Part shown: positions 25,157 to 38,600 of the stretch, one piece after another
Layout: each line of letters begins with the position of its first letter
Numbering within the stretch: the first letter of the stretch is position 1
Origin: Gnetum montanum
Taxonomy: Eukaryota; Plantae; Gnetophyta
Assembly: GCA_015680685.1 (NCBI GenBank)
Contig: MNCI01003127.1
Location: 326,493 to 390,492, forward strand
Direction: 5' to 3'
DNA length: 64,000 bases
The notes under the pieces: generated by a model
The model's database searches: none
Seen by the model: the letters and a program-made list of their open reading frames with translations, nothing else
What the model was told of the DNA's origin: nothing
Position numbers and translations under genes: made by a program

Positions 25157-28100
25157 ATGCTATCTAGCTAAGATGCAATTTGTGTTTATGATCCAAAAGA
25201 TCCCATGGTCATAGAACAAAGACAATTACTTAGTCAAAGAGGTAAAACTTGGATTTCATAGTTATTAATGAGGAGTTCTACAACTTCCTCTATGCCAAGA
25301 TACAAGTTGGTCTATTAATACCACACTCTGAATCTAATGCTAAGTGCCAATTCAAAATTATATGTTGGGATGGAAGAGAATACATCCCATCCTCCTATGA
25401 CCAAATCCCCCTCACCAACTTCTATGCGCAAATGCTTATACAACTCATAGAGGTTGATGAGTTTAGTTAGGGGATTAACTTAGAGGACTACCAAGAAGAG
25501 GAAGATGAGTTTGACGCAAAACAAGAGCTGAACACCTTCATTGGAAATTGTTTTCAATCTTCAGCTCCTCCAACAACTACACTTAGCTCCTTGTCTCTTA
25601 CCTCATCGATGGGAAAAGTCCCTTAATCCAACTCTCCTCCTATCTATCCTATCATGTTTGGGTCCACACCCATCATTGCATGCACCAGACACAACTTGTG
25701 TTCCAATCCACCTCCTTATTTTCATTGATGCCCTTTGACACATAGCCTCACTTTGTTCATCTAGTGATGGTGATGTCTACATCATTGTCTCCCTTTGTCA
25801 TACTAACGGGACCCTCATTGGGAACCCAAGTAACACACACCTCTCATACTCCTTCCATCCCATTTATGTGTTAAGTTTCAACACAAACATCATATTGCTT
25901 GTTTAGTCCACCTATGGCCACCATAACCTAGCCTCTCCCTTCAATACCATAGCCTATCACAAGACCTCAAGCCTTACAACTTCCTCATCAACCATCAACA
26001 CAAACACCACAACCTCTAGGAATGCCCTAAGGCTTGGATCAAGTCTTCCAAATGATCCAAGACCTTATCGAAGTGCTGTAGAAACTTAAGGCAGATACAA
26101 CTTAAATGGTCAAGGTATTAGATTTCTACCAAGATGATCCTATAAGCCCTAAGGTGCCTCCAATAACCTTGCCCATAGGTGTGTCTATCCTAAACTTCAC
26201 CAAATACAATGATGAAGGGGATTTAAATGCACATCTAGCTACCTTCCGATCCAAATGCATCTTTTCGCAAACTTGGCCTCACACGATATTGAGGATTTTT
26301 TTCCATGTCTCTCCAAGGTAAGGCTTTAGATTGGTACCAAACCTTGCCTAGAGGTTCTCTCTTCCCTTGAGGACTTGGTTAGCCAAGTTGTCCACTGCTT
26401 TAGATACAACTTGAAGTTGGATGCCACATTGGATCAACTACTGAAAGTAAGGTAGGGGTCACTTGAATTGATCAAAGGATTTATTTAGAGGTGGAACTCA
26501 ACACTTAATAAGATTATAGAGCCTATTGCTGAAACACATCTCTTGGCCATCTACAAGGAGGCAGTAAATGATTTTATCAAGTTAAAAATGTACTACCTAG
26601 AGCCTTGATCACTAAGTTAAGCCTTCTCACAAACCAAGAACAGTGAGGAGGCAACTGAGGTAAGTAACAACCTAGGCTACATGGCCTATAAAAACCAACA
26701 TGCAAGAAGGAATAGGAACAAAGCCAAACAAGAACACACAATTGTGGCCGTGGTAACAAAAGAGATAAAATAGGAGAGAGAAGGAGATCATCACAACATA
26801 ACACATCCTTTGATTCATCGCAACCATCCACTTCCTACATCCCAAATCAATTAAGATCAAACTTTGGGTGCAATGATATGTCTAAGTACGCTAGGTTACC
26901 CATGAAGCCCTCTCGACCTTTAGAACAGTTGCTTTACAATGACCATATACAACATAAGAAATTGTTTGAAGAGGCTTGTAAGAGGCATGATCATCTTTGT
27001 GACATAGCTAGAGACCCAACGATAGCTACCAAAGATGATTCTAAGCTACCGAAGTACTTCAGGTTGTATAGGTATTGCCATTATCATCAAATGATTGGTT
27101 ATAACATTGATTAGCTTTAAAGGATGACCTTTAGAAGATGATAAACCGTGGGGAGTTGGTAGTAAATGAGCCCAACTTTCCAAGAGCCAACAAAAATTCC
27201 TATACTATGGTCTCATTCATCGAAACCAAATGGTTTAATCCTCCTAGGGAATTGTTATCAGAGTACCACCATGAACCCAAAACACAAGGCCTAGAGAGCC
27301 CTTCATCATATAGGTACCACCTCCTTCGGCTCCTAAGGAGCCTTTTATCATATGTGTTCCTCCTCCAATGGCTTCAACATCACAACATAATCAACAAATT
27401 GCTAATCCTCCAAAGCCCAAGGAATCCTTTGTTATCCGAGTTCCTCCACCTTCAACAAGTAAGGTCATAATGACACATGATCAAAGGCCACCTATAGTGG
27501 CCCACAACTTAGAGTTTAGCAAGAAACCATCATCACAATGATGGCAAAGGCAACCTATTGAAAAACCAATAAATAAGCCCAATGAAGATAACCAATTAAG
27601 ACCTACATCAAGATCAACCACACCCATGGACAAGGGGCCCAAGGCACATGCATCAAAGCCCAAGCCACCACCCTTGGGAAGGATGGAGGAGGTTAGAATC
27701 AGTAAGGCTTAAAAATTACAAGCCAAGGAAAAGAGTTTTCTTGCAAACATGGATCAAGCCAAATGATCCTTTAAACAAAAGAACATAACGCTGATCCTAT
27801 ACAACCTGGTCACGACCTCTCTTGTGCATAGGGATGCACTAGCTCAAGTGTTGAGCTCCATCCCTATGAGTAGAGACATGCTAGCCAACAGAGAGTTAAT
27901 TCACTCTATCATTGAGCAAGCTTCACTTAGGGAAAATGGGCATAAACCAATGCTCAACCTTCGTGTTAGCAAGGTGAAGATAAACTCTAGAAATGAAGAA
28001 GTGCTATATGCTCCTCTCCTTATCACTATATATGTTGGCAGATACAAGGTTCACCATGTTCATGTAGATAATGGGGTGGCCACAAATGTGATACCATATT

Positions 28101-28489
28101 TCATTGTTGACAAACTAGGCCTAACTGTGAACATCCAAGCGACCACCACTTGAGCACTCAAGTCATTTAATGGCTCCTGAGTAGCAGTGCGAGGTTCCAT
28201 CACTTTGGATTTTGTACTTGGTGAACAATTTCCTACATCTACCAAGTTTTTAGTGGTTGAGGAGACACCTGATTTCAACTTGATCCTGGGAAGGCTATGG
28301 TTAGCGAAGCTTCAAGAAGTTTCATCTTCTATACATCAGGAGATTCACCTACCATATGAGGATGGGGAAATTGTGATCTGTGGGAATAACGTGTCAGTAC
28401 CTTCGATTAATTTTGTCAACATTGACCGAGGTTTAGAAGTGGAGTTTCAAGAGGAGACTTTTGGCACTTTAGATTGGGGCCAACAATAA
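25157..28489 (+). pseudogene. Tat-type extra N-terminal domain + gag + protease, decayed
   Basis: FTKYNDEGDLNAHL, ALDWYQTLPRGS (gag); YCHYHQMIGY (knuckle); VHVDNGVATNVI, FNLILGRLWL (protease). Confidence 0.85.
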
Positions 28490-28760
28490 TGCAAATAACA
28501 CCATATCTGTGATACTAAACGATTAACAAAAATGTATGCAGGTGGCCATGCTAAACAAGAGAGATGGTGAGTGTAGGATTGTGTGAAAAGGATTTGTTGA
28601 TCTATTGAAGATCAAATAATAGGTTTTAAGAAAACACCTCATCCTCTCCCTTGCTAAGGACTGTCTAGTTACTTTCATGGCATTGTACCATGTTTCACTG
28701 TTGATTTTAGCCTTATATGCTCTCTTAAAAACATCTCATACTTACTGGGCAAGTATGGAT

Positions 28761-28878
28761 CATGGCTCGCCAAGGCCTTAAACTGGCAACCCTATGGTTC
28801 GTTAAGACCTTAAATTGGCACCATGGCTCGCTAATGCCTAAAACTGGCAACCTTATGGCTTGCCAGGGCCTAAAATTG
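28761..28878. repeat. 29-bp unit tandem cluster 1 in the Tat 3' region
   Basis: Variants of CATGGCCTGCCAAGGCCTTAAACTGGCAA; further copies near 30229-30252 and 30447-30502. Confidence 0.85.
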
Positions 28879-31196
28879 ATGAGCATAACAACCTCTTATT
28901 TTTCCCTTGCACCAATGTTGTGGCCAGTTTATTTGACAACTACGTTCACAGATGTCATATTTTACTTACTAGTTTTGCTGTATATCCTTGTAACATTTAC
29001 CATTTATGTTTACACGAACATGTGGAACATAGAAAAACATAGGAACATAGGGACAACTAAAATACATTGTCAAAGAGTCGTTTAAGGAAAATAATTACAC
29101 ATCATTATCGCCAAAGGAGGGACTAAGGACACATATGTCTCACGAAATACCAAAAGATGCTACATCATCTTTGCAAATCCCCTCAATCTTAGGATTTCAT
29201 AATGTTGACAATTGCCTTACATAATGGAAGCACCTTGGCAAGAATCGAGAAAATTGTTATACAGAGTAACATGCCATTGAAAAAGGAACTAAGCATGGGG
29301 CCCCTTTACTAAAAGGTAAAGACATTAAGCTCCTCATCATAAGGGATACTAGGAAGTATCATGCATCTGCTAAAATTGCTTAAGGTTTAGAAACGACAAT
29401 CATTTAAATTCAAGAAATTCATTTTACATAATACCATAACACGCAGGAAATGAGGCTCATTATCATTCATTTTGAAACTTGTGCCATTTCATGGATATCG
29501 ATACATTTTGACTAATCTATGTTAGCATACTAAACGTCACTTATCTCAAATGGTTATCTGTCTTTATGCGCTGCCAAAACTCTAGCTTGTCACCCTCCTG
29601 CATTACCATCTGTGCCCCTGCGATCTCCTTCATCCTCCACGCGGCTACCAATGAGCGCTGGTTCCTTATCCGTCTTGCGTCACTGTGGCTTCCCAGCACC
29701 ACCATGTTCGATGATAGATCTGGAAAGTTTGTGGTCAAGTGGCTGCATATTGGTGTGAATGAAGGTTAGAAATACAAAAGGGGATTTAGAACACGGAGGC
29801 AAAACATGTGATTTACCATCATTAAACTTTCCGAAGTTTCATCTAAATATAAAACCTTGTCAAATTCAGCAGAGCGGGAACCCATGACGTTTTACTGGGA
29901 ACTACTCAGAAAAGAGAGCATTGACAAAATGCAAGAAACTAAAAATATGCTTCTATCAATGCATGATAGACACGATGTCGATAGATTGGTGTTTTAAGAA
30001 CATAAGAAACACCATATCCCTGCAAAGCCTTCGTTTAGAAACCACAAAATTTTAGATAAAAAACAAGAATGAATTCACCCACTAAAACCCTCACCGGTGC
30101 GCACAGTGTCTATGCCAAATCCTTGCTCACTGTGCAGCCTGCACCGTCGCACGCTTGCTGCCATTATGCCTCGGACCTGGCTGCTCACTTGCCGTCGTGC
30201 CCACACCACTACCACTTGCTTCTCTGCATGTCCTGCCAAGGCCTAAAATTGGTAAAATCTAACCTTGTTTGACCAATATTGACCATGTTTTGCCACAAGT
30301 ATTTCACTTTGACTTGTTTTGACCTTGTTTTGCATCAGTTGACCTCATTCAGTACTTCAGTTTTACTGCAACCTTTTTTTAGCCTTTGATTAGTGTTAAG
30401 TGATGGGGTTTGATCATCTTTGACCATCATTTGACACCATGTAATCATGGCCTACCAAGGCCTTAAACTGGGAACATGGCCTACCAAGGCCTTAAATTGG
30501 TAAAAATGTAACCTTATTTTCCATATTTTCATAGTGTTTCAACCTATTTTGACCTTTACATGATCTTGTTTGGCCTTTATTCCATGTTATTTATCTTCAC
30601 CTACACACAACCTTGGTTAATCTTACTTGCATTTTGTTTGATATTGGAATAGCATATGTTTGCATATTTACTAAGGTATTTTATGCTATTTTAGCATTAT
30701 TTACTCATTATTACATAGATGCCACTTGATGTGCTTATGTTATCATACAAGATTGAGCTAGAAGGATAAGAGAGAAAAGTGGACTAGCCTTAAAGCCTAA
30801 ATGGACCCTTCTCATGATGTTGTTAGACCAAGCCATTAAAATCATTTTACTATACAACATTATCTTGAGGTAGCCTACTAACCATTGACCTTGAACCTTG
30901 AAACATCACAGGGGTCCCTTAGTCAAAGTTTCCATTTAAGACCACGATGGTGAGGAGAAAACACATAGGACCAAGTTCCTCATTGAAACTTAAGCTTGTT
31001 CATGACCTCATCAAGCCGTTGTAATGTAACATTAAAGCCATCACATAGCCCTGATTACGTCTAACACTCACATGTTTACTTGTAGTGTTGTTTACTACTG
31101 TTGACAGGTTGCAACGAATGATTGATGTTGACAATTTTGATGGTTTGCAACAAGTGAGCTTGCATGACATCTTTGTATGAAAGAGAGATATCTTTC

Positions 31197-31400
31197 CATG
31201 GTCTATTGAGGCCTTAAACTGGCAACACGGTTTGCTAAGACCTTAAATTGGCACAATGGCCTGCCAAGGCCTTAAACTGGCAACATGACCTACCAAGGCC
31301 TTAAACTAGCAACATGGCTTGCCAAGGCCTTAAACTGACAACATGGTTAGCTAAGACCTTAAATTGGCACCACAACCTACTAAGGTCTTAAATTGGCAAC
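31197..31400. repeat. 29-bp unit tandem cluster (about 7 copies)
   Basis: CATGGCCTGCCAAGGCCTTAAACTGGCAA with period 29 (e.g. units starting at 31284 and 31313). Confidence 0.9.
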
Positions 31401-32375
31401 ACATGTAACCTTTGATAGCTAGATCTACTAAACTATTTTATAGGGCCTTATGTATTTCATTGTAATAACATGATTTCTTTGTTTGGTTTTCTTGTCTTTT
31501 TGGAGTCATGCTTGTAGGATGAAGCCTAGAGTCATAATGGAGGTGCAACTCATCATGGTGGAAAGTCACCACATGATCTTGATGTGCAAGATTTGGTGAT
31601 TTTTTCCTACCATGCCAAGAGTGCTTGTTTCACCTCATTTCCATTATCATTCCTTTTAACCCAACCCTATAGCTTGATTATAATCTTCCATACCTTAAGC
31701 AACAATGTTGATCCATGTTGGTATCCATGCATTATGGCCTAATGACATCTCTTCATCATGTTTTATCTTCAAGTCTATTAGACATAACACATATTGTTTG
31801 ATGGAAAAACCCCCAATTCTGTTGAATGTAACACAACTCATTCAATGAGAAAACTAGATCAAATTGGCCTTGGCAAAGAGACCCAATGAAGGTTTCAAAA
31901 AAAAAAAAAAAGAGAGGTGGAAAGAAAATTGCCAAGATGTCGAAATGGTCCATGAAGACCAATAGTCCAAATCAATGGCTCCAAGCATCCAAAGGAAGGA
32001 GCCTAATGGCCAAAGAAACCTAGGAGCAAGGTGTTGGTTTCTCAAATGTTCTTGTTGAGTGAACCAAACTTCAAAGCACAAAGTGATAAGCCTAATTGCT
32101 TAACCAATATGTTAGTGCTATATTACAACAATGATGTCAACACTTGGAAACCATTGTTAGCCTCTATTGCCATTTTCCTATGACCTCTACTATTTCATCA
32201 TCATAGCCTTACTCCATCATCATGAGCACTCTTTAGCATGGTTTGACACAACTGGATTAAGCACGAAGAGAGAGAGAGAGAGAGAGAATGATGGTGATGG
32301 ACTTGCAGTGGTGTTTCATATTCTTTGTTGGTGTCTCTTAGGTCAATCCTCCTAACACCAACAACATAGGACCAT

Positions 32376-34052
32376 TGAAACACCACCAAAATTTGCATGT
32401 TGTAACCCTTTTTCATCATGTAGCCTTCACCCCATAACATGTGAAGCAATACTTCATTATAAATATGAAGATTGTAACCCATGATGGGCAATCTCACATA
32501 TTTCATGCTTTTGGGATCGAAAAATGCCTCATAAGTGGTCAATGCCTAATCCCTTAAGTGAAGAAGGTCATGTAATGTCTATATTTGGGCTTTGGGGTGG
32601 GGGAGGAAGAGATGTTAAAACTACCTTTTAGAATGCCAAAAGAGGAAATTTTATGGGTTTTATGGGGGGTACAATACTTTTTACGGTGGAAATGCATGCA
32701 AGGTGGTGTAGTTCACCTATCACTATGTGGAGGGGTAGATCTCACCCACTACTAGCGTCGAAGATGTAGCATTCATCATGCATGGCATGGAGGGGGATTT
32801 GACCTTCCGCCTAGCATGGAAAAGCTACCTTCAACATGGATGCATGGGGGATGCAACTCAACTACCACTAGTGAGGAGGGGTAGATCTTACTTTCCACTA
32901 GTGTGGAGGGGTATGGATCACCTATCCCCAGCGTGGAGGAGTCAACCCTAGTGTGGAGGGGTGTAGGAGGATAGATCTCACCTAACCCCAATGTAGAGGG
33001 GGGTAATGCTTAGCGTAGAGGGGTATGACCTTCACCCCAACATTGATCCTTCATCCCCCCAACATTGACACCTTCCCCCCCCTCCCCCCAAGTGTAGAAC
33101 TAGTATGGCGAAGATTTCAATGTTGCATCAACTCTAGCAAGGATCTTATAATGCTAGTGTAGAAGGTTAAAGGCCTAGTGTGGAAGAACAAAGCTAGTGT
33201 GGAAGGCATTCCCTTGTTACTATTTTTAGTACGTGGAATGGCCATGGGGGTATGAAACTTACTATATATAATAAGCCCCCAAATTTTGGCATCCATCCCA
33301 CTTGAAATGTAACAAAAATTTGCAGTAGTTTTGTAGCAAAATTTAAGGCCAAAACCCTATATAAACCAATCCCAAACACCATTTTTAGGTTAAGCCCCCT
33401 TGTCATTGGCATACTTTGGCATTTTTGGTGTCCAAGAGCTCTTGCAAACCTGCAAAAATATAGTTTCTTGGATCTGTTCAATGTGGAATCCTTGTAACCA
33501 TTGTTACCCCCATTACCCCCTTGGGATTTGTGAGCTTTGGTTATCAAAATTGCCTCCATGGGATCCCCAGCTTCTAACATAGAGCATCTTGGTAATGCAA
33601 ATCTTTCACATTTCTCATCCCCAACAGTATCCAACATTGTAGATTTGGAGTGGTGGCAAAGGAGGTTTGATAACATCAGGAGTTGCAGAGATACTAGATC
33701 ATGGAGTTGATCATGACTTCAATAGGATTTGAACCCCCACCCAAGTGAACCCCCCTTGCCCTCCTCTTAGGCATAAATTATGTACATATCTCTAAACTCA
33801 TTCTTTATTTAGTTGATAAAGTTTATAGTTTCATTTTGTGTACAATCTCAGATTTAATTGCTATATTTTCAGTGCATTATTTTATAGATCAACATCTCTT
33901 TACTTTATTATCCTTGATTTGTATCCACCTAAGTCCCTAGGTGATATACTAGACCATCCAAGGTACCATGAATCCCATTTTTTTAGAGCCCCTAGGGATT
34001 TAGGGTTGAGGCTATTTTGGCTTTCTAGCGGCCAAAAGTTTTAGTCGCTACA
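32376..34052 (+). repeat. 3' LTR of the first Tat element
   Basis: TGAAACACC...TCGCTACA; collinear with 17540-18967 plus 23861-24095. Confidence 0.9.
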
Positions 34053-35157
34053 AAACCCATAAATGGAAAAGAGAATTAATGTCTCATACAATGCTAAAAT
34101 GTCAAATATAAAAGCCAAAGCTCTAAAATGATACATAGCATCAATAAGCTCATATCATCATAATATTCCTTTAAGAGCTCCATTCCCCTCCTCAAAATTG
34201 ATGAAATTAAAAATAAAATGTGTTATTAGTGTAAAATTGAATAAGAAACTTTGGCAACTTCTTTAATTACTGAATGGATAGATCTCATGGGGATTAGGAG
34301 TATGGCTAACTTGCAAAATATGTTAGCTCAATAAAACACTCAAGAGAACTATTCAATACATCCATACCAATATATATATATATCTCAATGTATAACCATA
34401 ACATACATGCATCATACAATGCCAAGTCAAGATTTGCCCACTCTAATAATCACCATAAAAAAGGAGGCTAGCATGCACCACACTTAGTATATCATGTGTA
34501 TTGTGTTGTCATGTATACTTGTTAAAAGCCAAAATCCACACATATTCAAACCAAATATTTAATTACCATGCATATAGATTTATTGTTAGTCTCAACTAGA
34601 TTGCGAAGCATCACCTATGACATTACTTCCAATGTTCCCCAAATGTACCTATGCTCGAGGTGTCACCCAAGACGTTACCTCTAATGTTTTGAAGGCATAA
34701 CCAAATCAAAGGGACCAATGAGTTATGGAATCATCCTCTACTATAGGATGGGGCTTGTAGTAAGAGCCACATGGGTGTACTCAACAATGGGGGTTAAATA
34801 TTAAAGCCCATCTACAACTAGCCACACAATCTTAGTGCTAACTCTAAAATTCCACAACTAAACAACACACAAACATGGTAATCAAGCTAATCATGGAGCG
34901 TAACAATAAAAAAAATATTTCATCTCATCAAGAGATCCAAAAATCTAAGAGATCCTCACAAGGATACCAATCTAATAATTCACATGACACTAACAAAACA
35001 AATTTCATCATGTGGCAATCTAGCATAATGAGGAACCAAAATTCATAGTCGAGAAATATTACATAACTTAATCATATTTCAAGATGCCAACCAAGTCCAA
35101 GAAGAAAAAAATCAATCCAACAATAGAGAGGATTTGACAGTATTGTAGAAAAATCTT

Positions 35158-35620
35158 AGAGATATGTCATGAAATCTTAGATGAGAAGTCTCATGTGAGA
35201 TGTTGTGACATATTGGGAAAGAAGGCTTGGGTGAGATGTGATATCCTAGGGAAGAAGTCTTGGGTGAGATGTCGTGACATCTTAGGAAAGAAGTCTTTGG
35301 TAAAATGTTGTAACATCTCAGGGAAGAAGTCTTGGATGAGATTTCATGACATCTTGAGAAAGAAGTCTTATGTGATATGTCATGAGATCTTGGGAGAGAC
35401 ATCTTGGGTGAGATGTCATGACATCTCGAAAAAGATGTTTTCTATGAGATGTCATGACATCTTGGTTGGGATGTCTTGGATAATATGTGACATCTCTTAG
35501 ATGAGACATCTTGAAAATTAAGAGACATCTTGGTTAGTGCTAAGATGTCTCTAGGTTGAAGGAGATGTCTTGGCAGAGACATCTGGGAGCAAGGAAAGAC
35601 ATCTTGGATGAGACGTCTTA
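35158..35620. repeat. ~36-bp tandem array with the palindromic core AGATGTCATGACATCT inside the Tekay LTR
   Basis: Repeated GAGATGTCATGACATCTTGGGAAAGAAGTCTTGGGT variants; homologous arrays at ~47305-47490 and ~48905-49010. Confidence 0.88.
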
Positions 35621-35634
35621 TGCATGGTTGAGAC

Positions 35635-38600
35635 TGTAGTAGTGGAAAAAATCAGCATTGGAAGATAAATTAATCCATGAAATAACATTTCCTTAAGATT
35701 CATGGGCTTTAAAAATTATTTGAGGTGCCTTAGGCTATCTTATCGATCACCTAAGGACTTAAAAAAATCTATCTCAAAGTAAAATATGTGAGGATGGAAA
35801 AAAACATGCAAATACAAGATCCAACACTAGATTTGAGAACAAAACCCATAGATGTTACAAGAAATATATGAAAAATGTGGTAAAAAAATAAGTACAAAAT
35901 TTGTATTAAGTGTTGTAAAAAAATTGTAAAATAAAGATTTAATGAGTAGAGATCAATTGGTTTTCAAAAGCCTAAGAGTACAAATATTTTTAGAGATCTC
36001 TTTGAAACTACTATTTAGGATCTAGAGCAAGTAGGTAGGGTGTGTTCTACAACTATCTTACATGCATCTATCTTATTTGATCTACTCTTGGAATAAATGT
36101 TGTAGTAGGTTCTCTCTATTCTTCATTATTAGCACTGGATGAAGGTTGCAAGAGGTTAACAAATTCTCTTTGTGCTGACTTGCTAAAAGGGTCTATTTCT
36201 TTCTTGTTCCAAAAAGGTTTCTACTATAAAAAAATTTTCTTATCCAAAAAATCCCTAAAAATGATGCCAATTCTTGGATAAATAAGCCACAATATGTTAT
36301 TTCTCCATTGATTAGGCTTTGAGAGGTTTCCTATGCAAGTATGCAACATTTTTTACCATATTTAGGGCCCAAAACTGTAGCATTTTTATCACCAGCGTTT
36401 TTTAGATTTTGTGTCACAATTGGTAATGTTATTAAGTTTTGAGGTTAATTATGCTGGTGTAATGAAATTCACAATGTTTTTAACAATGTGGGCTATGAAT
36501 TACATTTCTCAGGTTTAAAAACACAAGATTTTATCAAAACAAGGCCACAAGGTAACATCTTTGAAGGAAAATCAAGGCATTTGTTTTTGCTCTTGAATTC
36601 GATCAAGGTTACAATCAAAGTTATTAGTTGTGGGGAATTATTCCCTGGTCATAAAGTCTAACAAAATTGATCCTCTTACTTCTATCCATGACCCATTAAA
36701 GGACTTAATTGTGGAGGTGTAAGTGTCCTGAATGTTGTCAACTAAGCCTAAATGTTCTAGAATGGGTAGAGGGATGATAACATTTGTCACTACTCTATCA
36801 TCAACATGCATCTAATGCACCTTATACTGGCTAACTTGAATGGTTATGAAAAGAGGAACTCGCAATACCTCATCGCTTTGTGGGTTGGTTTTTACTTCAC
36901 TATCATGAAACATTAATGGTGTTCGTTTTGGCTCTTCCTTAAGTGGAGGTGGCACTATGATGGAGTGGATAGACTCCTCATTGGTAGGAATATCCTCACT
37001 TATGCGAATTGATGTCAACATTTTTACTAAGGCTTCATGACAAGTGGGAGAGGTCATAATCAAGTCATATAGGCTTAAGGAGGCGTTCTTTTGTTTCAAT
37101 GATAGCTTAACTTATTTCATGGCAGTGAGGAAGCCTTTGTCATTGTTGGATGTCTTTTCTATTTTGCTAGCATTGATCACTTCCATTTTGCCTAGGATTT
37201 TAACTTCATATTTTAACATTTGCTACTTTGGCCCCTTATTTTTCTCTAATTTATGATCCTATTTGGGCTATCTAGTTAACACATTTTTTGCATTAGAGTT
37301 AATGGGCATGGCTAAAGTTGATGTAGGTTTTGATGGACCTACTTTCTTTCACACTTTTTGTTTATTTTTCTCCTTTGCCTTAGGTTTAGGAGTTGCTAAT
37401 CTTCATTATTTTGGTGATAACTTCTTGTTAGATTAAGAGGCTATTGATGCATTGGTTATTATAGGAGGATGTTGGTCAACATGAGCTATGGATTCATTAG
37501 TAGAAGGGGGAGGCACTCATATGATGAATGATTCTCTGGGAGGTGCAGGTGATGGTACCCTTATAATAAATAGGGTTCTTGAAGTCATGGAAGTTGAAAC
37601 TTGGTTATTATGAGGAGAATCCCTAACTACATATGGCTCCCTAGTAGGTTTAGGCTTGTGATGAACATTGAACATGGCTATAGCATATTGGTTATTACTA
37701 GCATTTAAGGGGTCCTTGTACATTTGCATGGGTTGGTTCTGTGGCCTAACAGGGTTAGATGCATCTAAGACCAATTCTTCACTATCAATCATCTTTTGAA
37801 GATTATCTTTTAAGGCTAAGAAAAATTTTGTATCATGGCCAGGGAGTTGAAGATAATGGAAAAATTGATCTTGCTTGAAGTACATAGGCATTGATGAATC
37901 ATCTTTTGTAGATATGATGGGATCCTTAGGAATCTCACATAGATGATCATGTCACTTGTGAGCATTATTATATAGTTGATTGTATTGGATATGGCTACTC
38001 TTAAGTAACTAATCGAGTAGCTTTGATGGTTTCATGGGTAGCTTAGTATAGTTGGTCTGATCCTTTCGTTCAAGTTGGGTTTTGGTGGATTTGATGTAGA
38101 AGCACCAGAGATTAATGGTTGGGTTTGAACAGTGGGAAATTTAGGTTGGAAATTCTTTCATCCCTCTACTAGTTTTTCATCCTTGGCTATAGTAGCTATA
38201 GCTACATGCACTTGCTTATCCTTATCCATATCCCTCTTGGTATGTTGGTTTTTGTAGCCTACATAAGTAGGATCATTACTAGCTTTTGTTGCATCCATTA
38301 TGTTTTTGATTTGGTAAAATGCTTGACTAAGTGATCGGTGATCTAAATTGTAAAGCTTAGACTTGATAAAGTTGTTTATTTCCCTCTTAAAGATGGCCAA
38401 AAGATGTGTTTGAAGGGTGGATTTGGGGATTTCATTAAGGATAACATTCCATCTTTGTATTAACTTTTGTATAGGTTCTAGGGACCTCTATCTCACTTTC
38501 ATGAGCTCATCTAACATTGCATTGGGCTTCAATTTATACTTGAAATAGTTAAAAAATTGCATGATCAAGTTATATAGGAAGCAACTGAAGCCTCTGGGTA

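Larger units (their letters stand above)
17540..34052 (+). mobile_element. Tat-lineage Ty3/gypsy element with gag and protease only
   Basis: LTRs T(G/A)AAACACC...CGCTACA at 17540-24095 (interrupted) and 32376-34052; TSD AAACC (17535-17539, 34053-34057); tRNA-Asn-type PBS; gag and PR motifs present; no RT/RH/INT motifs seen. Confidence 0.88.

Noticed and set aside
28500-28620. Possible G-patch remnant after the Tat protease
   Set aside because: Only vague similarity; the GxGLG core is not recognisable.
32350-32375. Apparent lack of a PPT before the Tat-1 3' LTR
   Set aside because: AACATAGGACCAT is plausibly a decayed short Tat/Ogre-type AACAGGGGCA tract; not evidence of a new priming mode.
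35158-35620. CRISPR-like array (palindromic repeats at regular spacing)
   Set aside because: The spacers are themselves repeats, the array recurs in both LTRs of a plant retrotransposon, and there are no cas genes.
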